DNA of 52,936 nucleotides from Octopus bimaculoides (GCF_001194135.2 NC_068982.1:150909894-150962829); one strand, 5' to 3'. Numbered from the stretch's first letter, positions 26,057 to 37,951 are shown. Numbers and translations: made by a program. The notes: generated from the letters alone by a model not told the origin.

Positions 26057-26680
26057 ATGAAGAACGAGAGATTCAGACACACCAACAAGACTGTAAAGTG
26101 TGGTAGAAAATGGAAGTCGCAGGAAGTTGTGAAGGAAGCAAAGACATACTGGAAATGCCAGGAGATTATTGGAGTAGTTTGTCAAAGATGGCTAGGACTT
26201 GGCAATTACAGCATCAAGAATTTGAGAAACATCAACAACAGGAACAAGAGAGAACTCATGAAGGATCTGTGATTCAACAGAGGAGGATTGCTGGGTGAAG
26301 GTAGTAGGTCTTGCACACCAGGGACAAAGGACACAGTGGCACCAAATGTTAGAGCACCTGCTGTCCTGGAAGGATCACTGGGGCAGTGACCAGGGAAGAT
26401 TGTCCTTCCTCCTTCATGCTGTTGCTGATCTCTTCTTGCCAACCCCAAATAACCTTAAAATATGAGGCAGTGTGGAGCAACTCTTTGCACTGTGTATCAC
26501 ATCTTGACTAGATGCCCTAAGGCACTGGGAGAAGGCAAATACAAGTGGAGACACAACAAGGTCTTTGTGTAAATTGCCAAGTAGACTGATTGCAAAGAGT
26601 TAAAGTTAACAAATACCAGTCACCACCACCAAAGGATATCAGATTCCTGAAGGAATGCAAAAAAGCTCCTAATATGAAAG
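26057..26680 (+). mobile_element. HERO/NeSL-like (restriction-like endonuclease) non-LTR retrotransposon fragment
   Basis: GRKW..EVVKEAK..QEIIGVV..GLG; TPNNLKI*G; CCHC-like QCGATLCTVYHILTRCPKALGEGKYKWRHNKV. Confidence 0.72.
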
Positions 26681-27358
26681 TCAAGGCAGGAGACCCATTT
26701 TGTATTTTGCATGCAGCCTCAGTCTGGGAAATGCAGTTGTTTTCTCACCTGAACCACCTATTCATTGAATTATAGTGTAGGTGGTTGAATATCCCACAAA
26801 TATTTGCAACCCTAATAGGAAATCAGAGTAGCACAGTGTCTAACAAGGTTTGGCCCTTTGAATTACGTGTACAATCTTATCTTTCAATGGGCTTTCACAC
26901 GGTTTCTGTCTACCCTTTTCCATTCACATGGCTTTGGCAGACCCACAGCTATGGTAAAGACACTAGCTCAAAGTTCCATGAAATGGGATTGAACCCAGGT
27001 TATCATGATTGCAAAGTGAACTTCTTAACCACTTGAGTGGTGATAGCATCACAGCATGTACATGAATTGTTAAATATTCCAGGTAATTACTGAGCAACAA
27101 AATATGTATAATTTTCTACATGTGCAGTGTTAATCTCAAGAATATGAGATTATGAATGAATGAATGATTGGAAGTGGTATTTGATAATAGGAAAAGATGA
27201 AAGTAGAGAAATGTGAAGTAACAGCTGAAGTAAGAAAAATTACAGTTTACAGAAGAAACTGGAAAGAGGCAGACAATAGGTAAGAAATAATGTTTTCAGC
27301 ATGGAAAATCAGATGATGATAATGACACTTACAGTATCATGAACATTTCTTGACATAC

Positions 27359-27453
27359 CTAAGTTTTTTATTCATTTCTTCAAAAGTCTTCTGAGCTTGT
27401 TTTGAAGAAGTACGCTCCATTTGAAGAGTTTTGTCCAAGTCTTGCACATGCAT
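27359..27453 (-). CDS. CCDC171: CCDC171-like exon (phase 0->2)
   Basis: ttatttatttag|...TTAG|gtatgt; MHVQDLDKTLQMERTSSKQAQKTFEEMNKKL(S); compare recalled CCDC171 'LRIRDLEGALQVEKAS'. Confidence 0.9.
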
Positions 27454-28094
27454 CTAAATAAATAAGAAACATGTTAAGAATGTTTGAAAAAGAAGGCTCT
27501 GAGGAGTAGAAGTCTAAGTTTAACATGTATCAGTTCAGGTGGAATATGACAGATATTTATGGGATTGTTTTAGTAGACATTCCTAATCATTATTTTCTTC
27601 AACCAAACCTCTTGTGGTCATCTTCAGTTTTCAAAGAATTAAGCAAATGAAAAACGAATTTATTCTGAATAGGAAACCTCTTTATAACAGGTAATATTTC
27701 CTATAGAAGGAATTCAACTCAGCAGCATTGTAAAGTGATACTGATAATGTTGCTGTGAATTATATCAGCTGGTATACTTTCCAGACAAGTGTCTTCTTGG
27801 AAATAGAATTATTGTATTGTGACTGACAGAATATGAAGCACTGATATTTAGTGTGATCATCTTCTCTCTTATAGCCTACTGATGTGGCAATACCATAGCT
27901 GTTTTCTGCTGCTAATGATGAATATATGCTCTGGAGTGCCACCTATTTTCATGCTAGCAGACTGAGGTAAGTAAAGTAAGTTTACTTAATCAGGAGCAGA
28001 AATTATTAGTTAGTGGTAACAGAAGTTGAAAACATAGTCTCCTGGATCCAATACTGGGTCCAATACTATCATTACCAAAATACTCCAACAGTCC

Positions 28095-28305
28095 AGTACT
28101 ATGATGGTGGCAGTAGTTTAGTACAATGACTTCTATAATAGTTGAGTCATTCAGTACCATGACCATCACTGTAGATCTGTAGTCATGTAATGTGGCCACC
28201 ACAACAGATCAGTATTCTAATACTGACTACTATAAATTAATAGTTCTCCATTATAGATCAGTAATCAAGTACAATGACCACCACTGTAGGTCAGTAGTTG
28301 AATAC
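28095..28305 (+). repeat. Degenerate ~34-bp minisatellite
   Basis: Recurrent gtac[a/c]atgacc...tagatc.gtagt units. Confidence 0.5.
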
Positions 28306-28546
28306 CACATTTACCTCTTCTCTTTTTGGGGTTGGTAAGATACAGTACTAGCCTAGTACTAGGGGAAGGGGTCAATGTAATTGACTAATCCCCTCCCATC
28401 AAATTTCTGGCCTTGTGCCTGTATTAAATACAATTATTCTTACTATCATGTTTTCACCAGTTTTATGCAAGTTTTTTCTGGACATTAGATCTGGTACAAT
28501 ACCAATACACTGCCCTCTACCGTAAAGATATACATAGACCATTTAC

Positions 28547-28639
28547 CTGCATGACTTCTGTCTTGAATTTAGATTCTAAGTGTGTTTCTCGTTCTGATTC
28601 TATGCTGATCTCCATTGATTTGATATGAGAAAAGGCAAT
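28547..28639 (-). CDS. CCDC171: CCDC171-like exon (phase 0->0)
   Basis: gattttcag|...CAG|gtaaat; IAFSHIKSMEISIESERETHLESKFKTEVMQ, resembling the vertebrate CCDC171 segment I recall as 'IEAERAAHLESKFNSEIIQ' (from memory, not a database search). Confidence 0.9.
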
Positions 28640-28744
28640 CTGAAAATCATTAAGAACCTTTTGGAATTTTTGTTTAAACATGACTAATGGAATGAATGAA
28701 CGTACATACATTTATATATATTATATATCTGGGTTTTGTCCCCA

Positions 28745-29100
28745 TTAATTGGGGTGGCTAGATCTACCTCAATGCCATAGCAACCGCCCTCACACCCTCT
28801 CACGATCTTCCTGGTTTTGGGTGTCCTCCCTTCTCAAGCCAACCCTCCCAATCTCCTCCCCCACCTGTTCCCTCCACATTTTCCTCCGTCTACCTTGCTT
28901 TCACTGTCCATTTACCTACAACTTTAGCACCTTACTCAGAACATGCTCCTCATCCCTCCTCAACACATGCCAATACCACTGCTCTCCATTCGCCCTTTCC
29001 AGCTGTTCCACAGATTCCTCCAGCCCCTGCATCCCCCATCAAGTCCTCAGTCCTCCTCTTATCAAATAGCCTCGTGCCACATATTTCTCTCACCATTGCT
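28745..29100 (-). mobile_element. RTE LINE RT C-terminal fragment (second family)
   Basis: ANGEQWYWHVLRRDEEHVLSKVLKL...GRRRKMWREQV. Confidence 0.75.
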
Positions 29101-29538
29101 CACTCAGTCCTTCTCAAAATTGCCATCTGATATGAAAATACAATTCAACACTGGATTTAATTGTAGATTAAGAAGTTGAAGAATGTTAATATAAACTTAA
29201 TGTGGGTCAAAGAAATAAAATATTAGCTGCTTTATAATGTCTTTTATAAACTTTAGTTAATAGCAACTTATGACGAATTGATGCATTAAACAAAATTCTA
29301 TTGTTTTGATAAATGCTTGATAATATAAATTATGAAAGCTAGTCATTTTTCATTCAAGTGTACTGCATTATAGAGTGAACTATTGTTATATGGACCAATA
29401 AAGTATGTTCTGTTATAACTGTGGTCTAAATTCTCATCATTTTGTAATGGGTTCAAATTTATACAGAACCAGTTTCACCTTTTATCTTCCAGGTGTTAGT
29501 AGGCTGAGTATAAGTAATATTATTATTACTAGTATTTA

Positions 29539-29755
29539 AGGCAGTGAGCTAGCAGAACCTTTAGCATGCTGGGCAAAATGTTTAGCAGCATTTCATCTAT
29601 CTTCATGCTCTGAGTTCAAATTCTGTCAAGGTCGACTTTGTCTTTCATCCTTTTGGGGTCGATAAATTAAGTACCAGTGAAACACTGGGGTCGATGTACT
29701 CAACTAGTCCCCTCCTCCTAAAATTTCAGGCCTTGTGCCTTTGGTAGAAAGGATC
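29539..29755 (+). mobile_element. Full-length tRNA-derived SINE with 14-bp TSD
   Basis: B box GAGTTCAAATTC; central GTCGACTTTGTCTTTCATCCTTTTGGGGTCGATAAATTAAGTACCAG; direct repeat ATTACTAGTATTTA at 29525-38 and 29756-69. Decayed relatives near 6310-6430, 6480-6690 and 28310-28440. Confidence 0.88.
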
Positions 29756-30613
29756 ATTACTAGTATTTATTAAATTCTGATTTAGTTACCAATACTTTTC
29801 ACCCAAGAATAATACTAGCCTTGTCTTTAATTAAAAAACATTAAGGGTCACTATGTTTTTCAATCTAAAGGATTCATATTCCTCAAATTTATTCAGTCTT
29901 CAAACATACTTTACATTTTTACAAAACAGTGCTCAGCTCAAACTACCAGAACACATATGTTCTCCTAACATTCAATTGAAGGTTTCAACTGAAAATTACC
30001 TTATATGAAGGAAATAAATACATCATCATCACCATCATCATCATTTCATGTCCACTTTCCATGTTGGCATGGGTTGGACGGTTTGACTGACGACTAGCTA
30101 GCCAAGAGACTGCACCAGGCTCCAATCTGATCTGGCAAAGTTTCTACAGCTGGATGCTCCTTCTAACTCTAACCACTCTGAGAGTGTAGTGGGTGCTTTT
30201 TATGTGCCACCATCACAGGGGTCAGTCAGGTGGTACTGGCATCGACCATGCTTGAACGGTGCTTTTTAGGAGCCATTGGCATGGGAGCCAATCCAGTGGT
30301 ACTGGCATCAACCACGCTCAAATGGTGCATTTTACGTGTCACTGGCATGGGAGCCAGTCCAGTGGCACCTACTAAGATTTTCAATGAGATTATAAGCAAC
30401 CATTTGGAATAAAACTGTAACAAGTTCATTAACAGGTTTTGAACTGTGTATCTATGTAGATAAAGTTTCACATCTATTTAAGATGTTACCATTTGAATAT
30501 TAATCAAACTTAAAATATAACTCTGACCCTGAAACATGAAGGAGAGGAAGTGCATTATTGATTAAACAAAAGCTAGGCATGTGTAACAATAAATGAAATA
30601 TAATGTCTCCTAC

Positions 30614-30708
30614 ATTTAAGTCTCGTTTTAAGTTTAATTCTTTTTCCTGTGACTCTTTCAGCTCCATCAATGATTTCTTTAAACCATCTTCTAGCTTTGA
30701 CTTTTCAC
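30614..30708 (-). CDS. CCDC171: CCDC171-like exon (phase 1->0)
   Basis: gcaatttcag|...AAT|gtagga; (G)EKSKLEDGLKKSLMELKESQEKELNLKRDLN. Confidence 0.87.
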
Positions 30709-30829
30709 CTGAAATTGCATTGTGAAATTTTACAAAAGATTTGTCTTCATTTAGGGTCTATTTTTAAAGACTGGAACATCATTTCAATAACTTAATTCAA
30801 ATTTGCTTTAACATGCACATAAATATATA

Positions 30830-31980
30830 TACAGCGTGGGGCAGAGAGAATGGACATTTTTGAACTGGCTATTACTCAACCCCAGCGGGAGGGACATATG
30901 TCTTAGCATTTTTTGTTTCAGGTGAAGCCATGGCACTATGGATGATAGAGCATCATGTGTTTGCCTATGACAATTACGTGAAGAATAATAAGTCTGTCAC
31001 AACAGTTCAGCATGAGTATCAGTGCCACTTCAACATTCACCGAAATCAGGCTGTTCCTGCCTGTAACACAATCTTATGTTGGGAGAATGCACTTCGTATA
31101 CAAGGTACACTAATGAATAGGACACTGGTGGGAGCACCATGAACAGTATGGATCCTAGAAAATGTGGAACGTGTCAGACAAGCTTTGATACAGAGTCCGA
31201 ATCGTTCTACTAGGAGGCGTTCCACTGAACTTCGCATCAGTAATTGATTGATAAGGCATAGTTTGTATGAAGCCCTGCATTTCCACCCATACAAATTGGT
31301 CATTGGGGAACATTTGAAACCATGGGACTGTGCACAGCAGCTTAACTTCGCACATCAGATGGAAGCAATTTTTGAGGCAAATGACAACCTCATTTTGTTA
31401 ATGAGTGATGAAGTGCATTGTCATCTCAATGGTATAGTGAATCAACAGAACTGTTGTTATTGGGCTCTTTAAAATTTGAGACAACTGCACGAAAGACCAC
31501 AGCAATTCCCAAAAGTGACAGTCTGTTGGAAAAGCTGCCATCAATGGTCCTTACTTTTTTGAAGACAGTAATGAAAATGCTGATACTGTGAACTCCGAGC
31601 ATTACAATGAGATGATAAACAACTTTGTGCCTGAATTATGACGAAAACATATGCCCATTCAATGTGTGTGGTTTCAGCAGAATGGGGCAATGGCCCACAG
31701 AGCCAGAGCATCATTGGACATTCTTCACCCTCTTTTCAGTGATTGCCTCATTTCCAGGTTTGCTGACATCCCCCCACCCGGTCCCCTGATTTGTACATGC
31801 GTGATTAATTCTTGTGGGGAAACCTCAAGGCACGTGTGCATGTGCATAAGCCCCATACAATGGATGATTTGAAGGAAGCTATTCACTTGGAAGTTGCCCA
31901 AATTGACAGAGCAAGACTTGAGAGAGTGGAGGCCAACTTCCAGGAACACCTTCAGAAATGCATGTGAAAATGGACACCAC
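30830..31980 (+). mobile_element. Tc1/mariner transposase pseudogene, DD41D-like
   Basis: Starts TA|CAGCGTGGGG; LMSDEVHCHLNGIVNQQN, WFQQNGAMAH, P(R)SPDLYMRD*FLWGNLK; about 41 residues between the 2nd and 3rd catalytic positions after repairing a small deletion; 3' end replaced by a SINE. Confidence 0.88.
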
Positions 31981-32218
31981 AGGATGGATGTTGTAGAACT
32001 GAACCCAAAATCATTTGGTTGGGAAGCAAACTTCTTAAACACACAGCCACGATGTGATCACAATGTGCTTTCAATTCTTTCTTGACTGCACCTTTCTTTT
32101 ACATCCTGGCCCAAATTGTTTTATTCAATTGTCTTCCCATCATTATGGTGGCCTTCTGAGTGGATATCACTTAGAAACTGCATGGGTCCACATGTAGTCT
32201 GTGAACCTTGTGACAATT

Positions 32219-32950
32219 CATCATCATCATCATCATCATCATCATCGTTTAACGTCCGCTTTCCATGCTAGCATGGGTTGGACGATTTGACTGAGGACTG
32301 GTGAAACCGGATGGCAACACCAGGCTCCAATCTAAATTTGGCAGAGTTTCTACAGCTGGATGCCCTTCCTAACGCCAACCACTCAGAGAGTGTAGTAGGT
32401 GCTTTTACGTGTCACTTGCACGAAGGCCAGTCAGGCGATACTGGCAACGGCCATGCTCGAAATGGTGTCTTTTATGTGCCNNNNNNNNNNNNNNNNNNNN
32501 NNNNNNNNNNNNNNNNNNNNNNNNNNNNNNNNNNNNNNNNNNNNNNNNNNNNNNNNNNNNNNNNNNNNNNNNNNNNNNNNNNNNNNNNNNNNNNNNNNNN
32601 NNNNNNNNNNNNNNNNNNNNNNNNNNNNNNNNNNNNNNNNNNNNNNNNNNNNNNNNNNNNNNNNNNNNNNNNNNNNNNNNNNNNNNNNNNNNNNNNNNNN
32701 NNNNNNNNNNNNNNNNNNNNNNNNNNNNNNNNNNNNNNNNNNNNNNNNNNNNNNNNNNNNNNNNNNNNNNNGGTCTTCCTGGGCCTACCTCTTCCACGGG
32801 TTCCCTCAACTGTTAGGGTGTGGCACTTTTTCAGGCAGCTATCCTCATCCATTCTCACCACATGTCCATACCAGCGCAATCGTCTCTCTTGCACACCACA
32901 ACTGATGCTTCTAATGTTCAGCTTTTCTCTCAAGATACTTACACTCTGAC
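32219..32950 (-). mobile_element. 5'-truncated RTE LINE spanning a gap (RT end + 3' UTR + (GAT)n tail)
   Basis: LREKLNIRSISCGVQERRLRWYGHVVRMDEDSCLKKCHTLTVEGTRGRGRPRKT at 32772-32945; tail at 32219-32480. Confidence 0.88.
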
Positions 32951-34560
32951 GGGTGCTTTTATTTTGCTTCCGGGTTTAGTCTTACTATTTTTGATATCCA
33001 AGTCCTTATTATTGTTCTTCATATTCAGATCAGCTAGGTTATCTCTAATGGTTTCGTTATTTCTAAGTTTAAGTCTGTTATTTGCTGTGATGATAGATCC
33101 AAGATTGGGTGTGGTAGAATAAGATAATTTAAGACACGATCTAGGAAATATAAAATGGTATTTATGACCAGGTGGGAAGTTCCTATTGATAATGCTAAAA
33201 AATAACTTAGGGAGGTTTCCTACCTGTCGGGAGAAAGGAGGTGTAAACCATACAATTTCCTGTATCCTCCCAGAATAGTTCCTATTCTGCCCTGTATCGT
33301 TATTACTATACTTGAAAAATTTGTAGTGTCTTCTAAAGTGTTGTTGATTTCTATATTCGGTGGGTGTTATTTATAGGATGTGAGTCAATGTTAGAATTCA
33401 TAATATTTGGAAACTGTTGTGCCCGGGGAGAGTCATTTTCTTTTTGTGCCTTATAATTTAACACACTCACCAGTAAAATTTCCACTTATTTTTTATTATT
33501 ATTTCCCTAAAATTTTCATTGCATCTTGCAACCTTTTCAATAGTCTTGAGTCGGGAAACTTTGGAAACTGTTTGCCTAATTTGTTTTTAAATATCGTGTT
33601 TTTAATATTGTAGATTTTACTGTTAAAACTGCTGTCTTTTAGTGATAAAGGGTGCAAACTCGTTAAATATTTTTTCATTTGCAGATAAATTAGATATTCT
33701 TATTGACACGCTTTTAATTATGCCTTAATGACACCTTGGGGATAATTTAATAAGGCATGGATATACTTAATAGTTTTGTTAGGCTTATGATAGGGGTAGA
33801 ATAAGCCATTATCAAAATTTAATGTTACATCCAATATTTAGAGACATTTTCAAATATGATACCTAATTTTGCCAGTGCTACTGGACGGGCTCCTGTGCAG
33901 GTGGCACGTAAAAAACACCATTTGAGCATGGCCGTTGCCAGTACCGCTTGACTGGCCCTTGTGCCAGTGGGATGTAAAAGCACCCACTACACTCATGGAG
34001 TGGTTGGTGTTAGGAAGGGCATCCAGCTGTAGAATCTCTGCCAGATCAGATTGGAGCCTGGTGCAGCCATCTGGTTCGCCAGTCCTCAGTCAAATCGTTC
34101 AACCCATGCCAGCATGGAAAGCAGATGTTAAACGATGATGATGATGATGATGAATTTGTATAATTTAAAAAACTTTATTAATTTTTTCCTAATCGTATCA
34201 GTTGCTTGTGCAGAGGATTCCAATATAGCGAATACGGCATCATCTCTATATAGGCCTCCTCTAATATTAGGGTATTCTTCCCTAATTTTAGAGATTAGAA
34301 ATAGTCCAACAATATCTATGACCTGGGCAGAATCCGAACTTCCCATTGTAACATCAAAGTCATCGTGAAGGTCAGATTGAGTCCATGTTCTATTTTTGAA
34401 GGAGATCAGTGTTTTCCTTGTGGTAAATATGATATTTTTCTCCAAAGGCGTGATACTAGTAAATTTCTCTGCCGTAAGACTTTATACATAGACTTTATAC
34501 ATATTCCAGACTCCTTATGAATCATTTTACATCCGCTTTATCATCCTCTTCATTCGGACT
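32951..34560 (-). mobile_element. Penelope-like element RT (pseudogene), interrupted by an RTE-tail insertion
   Basis: FDVTMGSSDSAQVIDIVGLFLIS...GLYRDD; LDVTLNFDNGLFYPYHKPN; IVWFTPPFS...NFPPGHKYHFIF...LKLSYSTTPNL. Confidence 0.9.
33870..34152 (+). mobile_element. RTE 3'-UTR insertion with AATTT target-site duplication
   Basis: AATTT at 33865-69 and 34153-57; ends ...gttaaac(GAT)n. Confidence 0.85.
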
Positions 34561-37121
34561 TTGCAAGTACATTTATGGACTTAGACTTTTTATATATATA
34601 TTTATATTTATGCATTTTTATGTGTTTGTAAATTTTTATATGTGTATGAATTTTTATATATTTATAAACTTTCGTGTATATGTATGTATTTATAAATTCT
34701 TAGAAATTTTTTATATATCATATAGATGAATGCATCTATGTATGTACTATGTATACCATGGAGAATTTCGTTAATATGGATTGAATGAATATATACATCG
34801 GCCTTTGAATTTGTTTTCTCCTCTCCTTAATTTTATATTCCAGAAGCTCTATCAGAGTGCTAATCGGTTCAGCTGTATAAAATGAATACCTATATCACTT
34901 ATTTCTTCATTATANNNNNNNNNNNNNNNNNNNNNNNNNNNNNNNNNNNNNNNNNNNNNNNNNNNNNNNNNNNNNNNNNNNNNNNNNNNNNNNNNNNNNN
35001 NNNNNNNNNNNNNNNNNNNNNNNNNNNNNNNNNNNNNNNNNNNNNNNNNNNNNNNNNNNNNNNNNNNNNNNNNNNNNNNNNNNNNNNNNNNNNNNNNNNN
35101 NNNNNNNNNNNNNNNNNNNNNNNNNNNNNNNNNNNNNNNNNNNNNNNNNNNNNNNNNNNNNNNNNNNNNNNNNNNNNNNNNNNNNNNNNNNNNNNNNNNN
35201 NNNNNNNNNNNNNNNNNNNNNNNNNNNNNNNNNNNNNNNNNNNNNNNNNNNNNNNNNNNNNNNNNNNNNNNNNNNNNNNNNNNNNNNNNNNNNNNNNNNN
35301 NNNNNNNNNNNNNNNNNNNNNNNNNNNNNNNNNNNNNNNNNNNNNNNNNNNNNNNNNNNNNNNNNNNNNNNNNNNNNNNNNNNNNNNNNNNNNNNNNNNN
35401 NNNNNNNNNNNNNNNNNNNNNNNNATATATATGTAAATATATATGTATCACCATAGTCCTTTGTTATCACCTTTGTGAGACTCAGCATCTTGAAATCAAC
35501 CTTCACTGTTCTGGCCCCTGTCTTCCACAGGTTCCATCAACATCTGTCTGTCTCCAAATGAATCAAATATTCATGCAATGGACGTCTTCTCTCTCGCACA
35601 TTACAACTAATTCCTCTTATATCTAGTTTTTCTCTCAGATAATTTATGCCATGTTGTTTATGTACACTAGCATTACATAACCAGTAGAGTATTGCTCACT
35701 CCATTTCAATGTCTTTGCAAATCCTCTGCATTCAACGCTTTCATTTACCTACTAAATAACACTGCATTTCATAAGCAAGTATCATAAAACTCTCATTCAT
35801 TCTGAGTGAGAAACACTTTGTTATCAGAAGAGTAAATTTTTCCAGCTGCCCAAGCATTAAACAAAATCTATTTAAAATTGAGTGAGTGCTTACTGCACTA
35901 GCACATCTACTGTATATTAAATCTTATCCCTGTGAGTAGTATAACATGTGGATTCAGAGAATCATGTTGCTAGCACAGAAAGTTCCTTTTATGGATTTGG
36001 TTAACAGTCCACATAGTAATCCAATGCAGAGAATTATAATGTAGAATGTCCATGCAACTGAAATCCAGAAGACCTGATTGCCAAAATTATTTCATGAGGA
36101 TAAACTATAAAAGTCAGGAGTTATGCAAAGTGAATATACATTTATTTAGCCATGTGACATCCTTAGGATTATGGCCATTTCACAACCTTCTTCATGTAGT
36201 ATTGATTTCAGGGAGGAAGAAATTATGCTTACATATTTGCATTATGTAAGGAAGGCTGGAACTAGATAAAATTAGCTTGGTTTGGTTAGTAAAAATAACA
36301 ATTAGAGATAGAAATCAAAGGAATTGACTATCCTTCATGTCAGCTAAAAAGAAGAGAGATAAGAAGAGGAAGTAAATATAAAAATAAAATAAGTAGCTTA
36401 AAAAAGTAAATAAGAATATAAAAAAACAATGCAAATGAATTTTTAGTCAAAGTAATTAAATGGATGGCTAAGTTGGGAACAGACAACTGGAAGTTTAAAG
36501 ATTAAACCAACAAGTAATATTGAACAACAGTAAGCTTCAGATTTGGGTTAAAAGGTCAGACGACCTCACACAATTGTACATTGTGAATATACAATTGTTA
36601 GTGTTGTGCATGCATATTAATGCAAATTTGTAAGCATTCCACACTGAAATTAATAATGCATAAAGAAGGTTCCACCAGGGGTAGCCATATATCTCCTCTA
36701 TTGCAAGACACCCATCTCTATCCCACCATCACACTCTAATCTTATATCACCTGGCACAAAACCACCTCTTTTAATACTACTCCTGCCTCAGTTGAGGGGT
36801 CTTGCTTGCAATTTATTTGATGACCTTGCTGGTGATGGTGCCATGTAAATAAAAAGCACCCAGAACACTCAGTAAAGTGGTTGGTATCTGCCATAGAATC
36901 CATACCAAAGCTGAATCAGCTTGGTACCTATGACTGGCTGCCCTTCCTAATGCCAACCACTTTACAGAGTGTACTGGATGCTTTTTAGGTGGCAGCAGCA
37001 TGGGTGATTTTATGTGGCATTGGCACAAGCACTATTACATGGGGTCAGCACAGGTGCTTGTTATGTGCCACTGGCACAGAACTCTTGCAGACCAGTCCAT
37101 TTCAGCATACATATATCTTCA

Positions 37122-37170
<49 letters not shown>

Positions 37171-37191
37171 CAAATATTTTCAGAAATTTCA

Positions 37192-37647
37192 CTAGCAGTG
37201 GCCTAGCATGTATTAAAAGTCAACAGACAACATATTCTCAATACAAAATAGTGTACATTTAAACACAAGAGAAATTACCAATAACAGGTAATTTTACATG
37301 CTAGAAGAAGCAGTCAGAACGACCAAAACCACAAAAAATAACTAAATAACTAAATTATATGTTAATTGTTATGGCATGGTTACTGATGAGAATTCCCCTA
37401 GCAAATTATTTTATTTGCTAAAGAGATTCGAAACCTAGGTCTAACCGTAAATAAATAACAAGGTAAAAGTTTTTATTTTTCATTCTCTTTGAAATTGCTC
37501 TTAAATGTGGTTTTGGTCATTTTGACTGCTTCTTCTAGCGTGTAAAATTACCTGTTATATGTAATTTCTCTTGTGTTTAAATGTACACTATTTTATATTG
37601 AGAATATGTTGTCTGTTGACTTTTTATACATGCTAGGCCACTGGTAG
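37192..37647. mobile_element. Foldback element with 142-bp inverted arms around a hammerhead
   Basis: 37192-37333 versus the reverse complement of 37506-37647: about 8 mismatches. Confidence 0.9.
37376..37448 (+). ncRNA. Type I hammerhead ribozyme, minimal/Penelope-type, apparently intact
   Basis: Stem I ATGGTTA(37376-82)/TAACCGT(37442-48), 7 bp; core CTGATGA 37383-89; long stem II 37390-37429 closed by G-C; GAAA 37430-33; stem III in the palindrome ACCTAGGT; GUC cleavage triplet, cut after 37441. Confidence 0.85.
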
Positions 37648-37755
37648 AAAGAATATTAAACAATAAAACTCTTTCAATTGGGTTAAAAAGAACAAACCAA
37701 GAATGATTGTCCATAGAAGAGAAAAATATAAGACTGTTGGATATTAGAGCCTTGT

Positions 37756-37813
<58 letters not shown>

Positions 37814-37951
37814 TAATGATTTGCAAACCTGCATGTATTCATTGCATAACAGACACACTAGTATTTCCTGAACTGTTTCAGTTTTAGTATAAGAAACTGC
37901 CCAATATCTATTAAAGACATACATAGATATACATGTAGCTGTGTAACTTAC

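Noticed and set aside
27760-27942. 60-aa minus ORF with an acceptor-like AG, between two real exons
   Set aside because: No donor; it ends in a stop, and the flanking exons already join in frame.
34835-34880. Hammerhead-like remnant near the Penelope 5' end
   Set aside because: Both core motifs are too degraded to call.
36030-36240. Possible pogo/Tigger transposase remnant
   Set aside because: Similarity is too faint to support without an alignment.
37085-37125. Minus-strand CTGAAGA...GAAA...GTC pattern
   Set aside because: Stems I and II do not pair; chance match.
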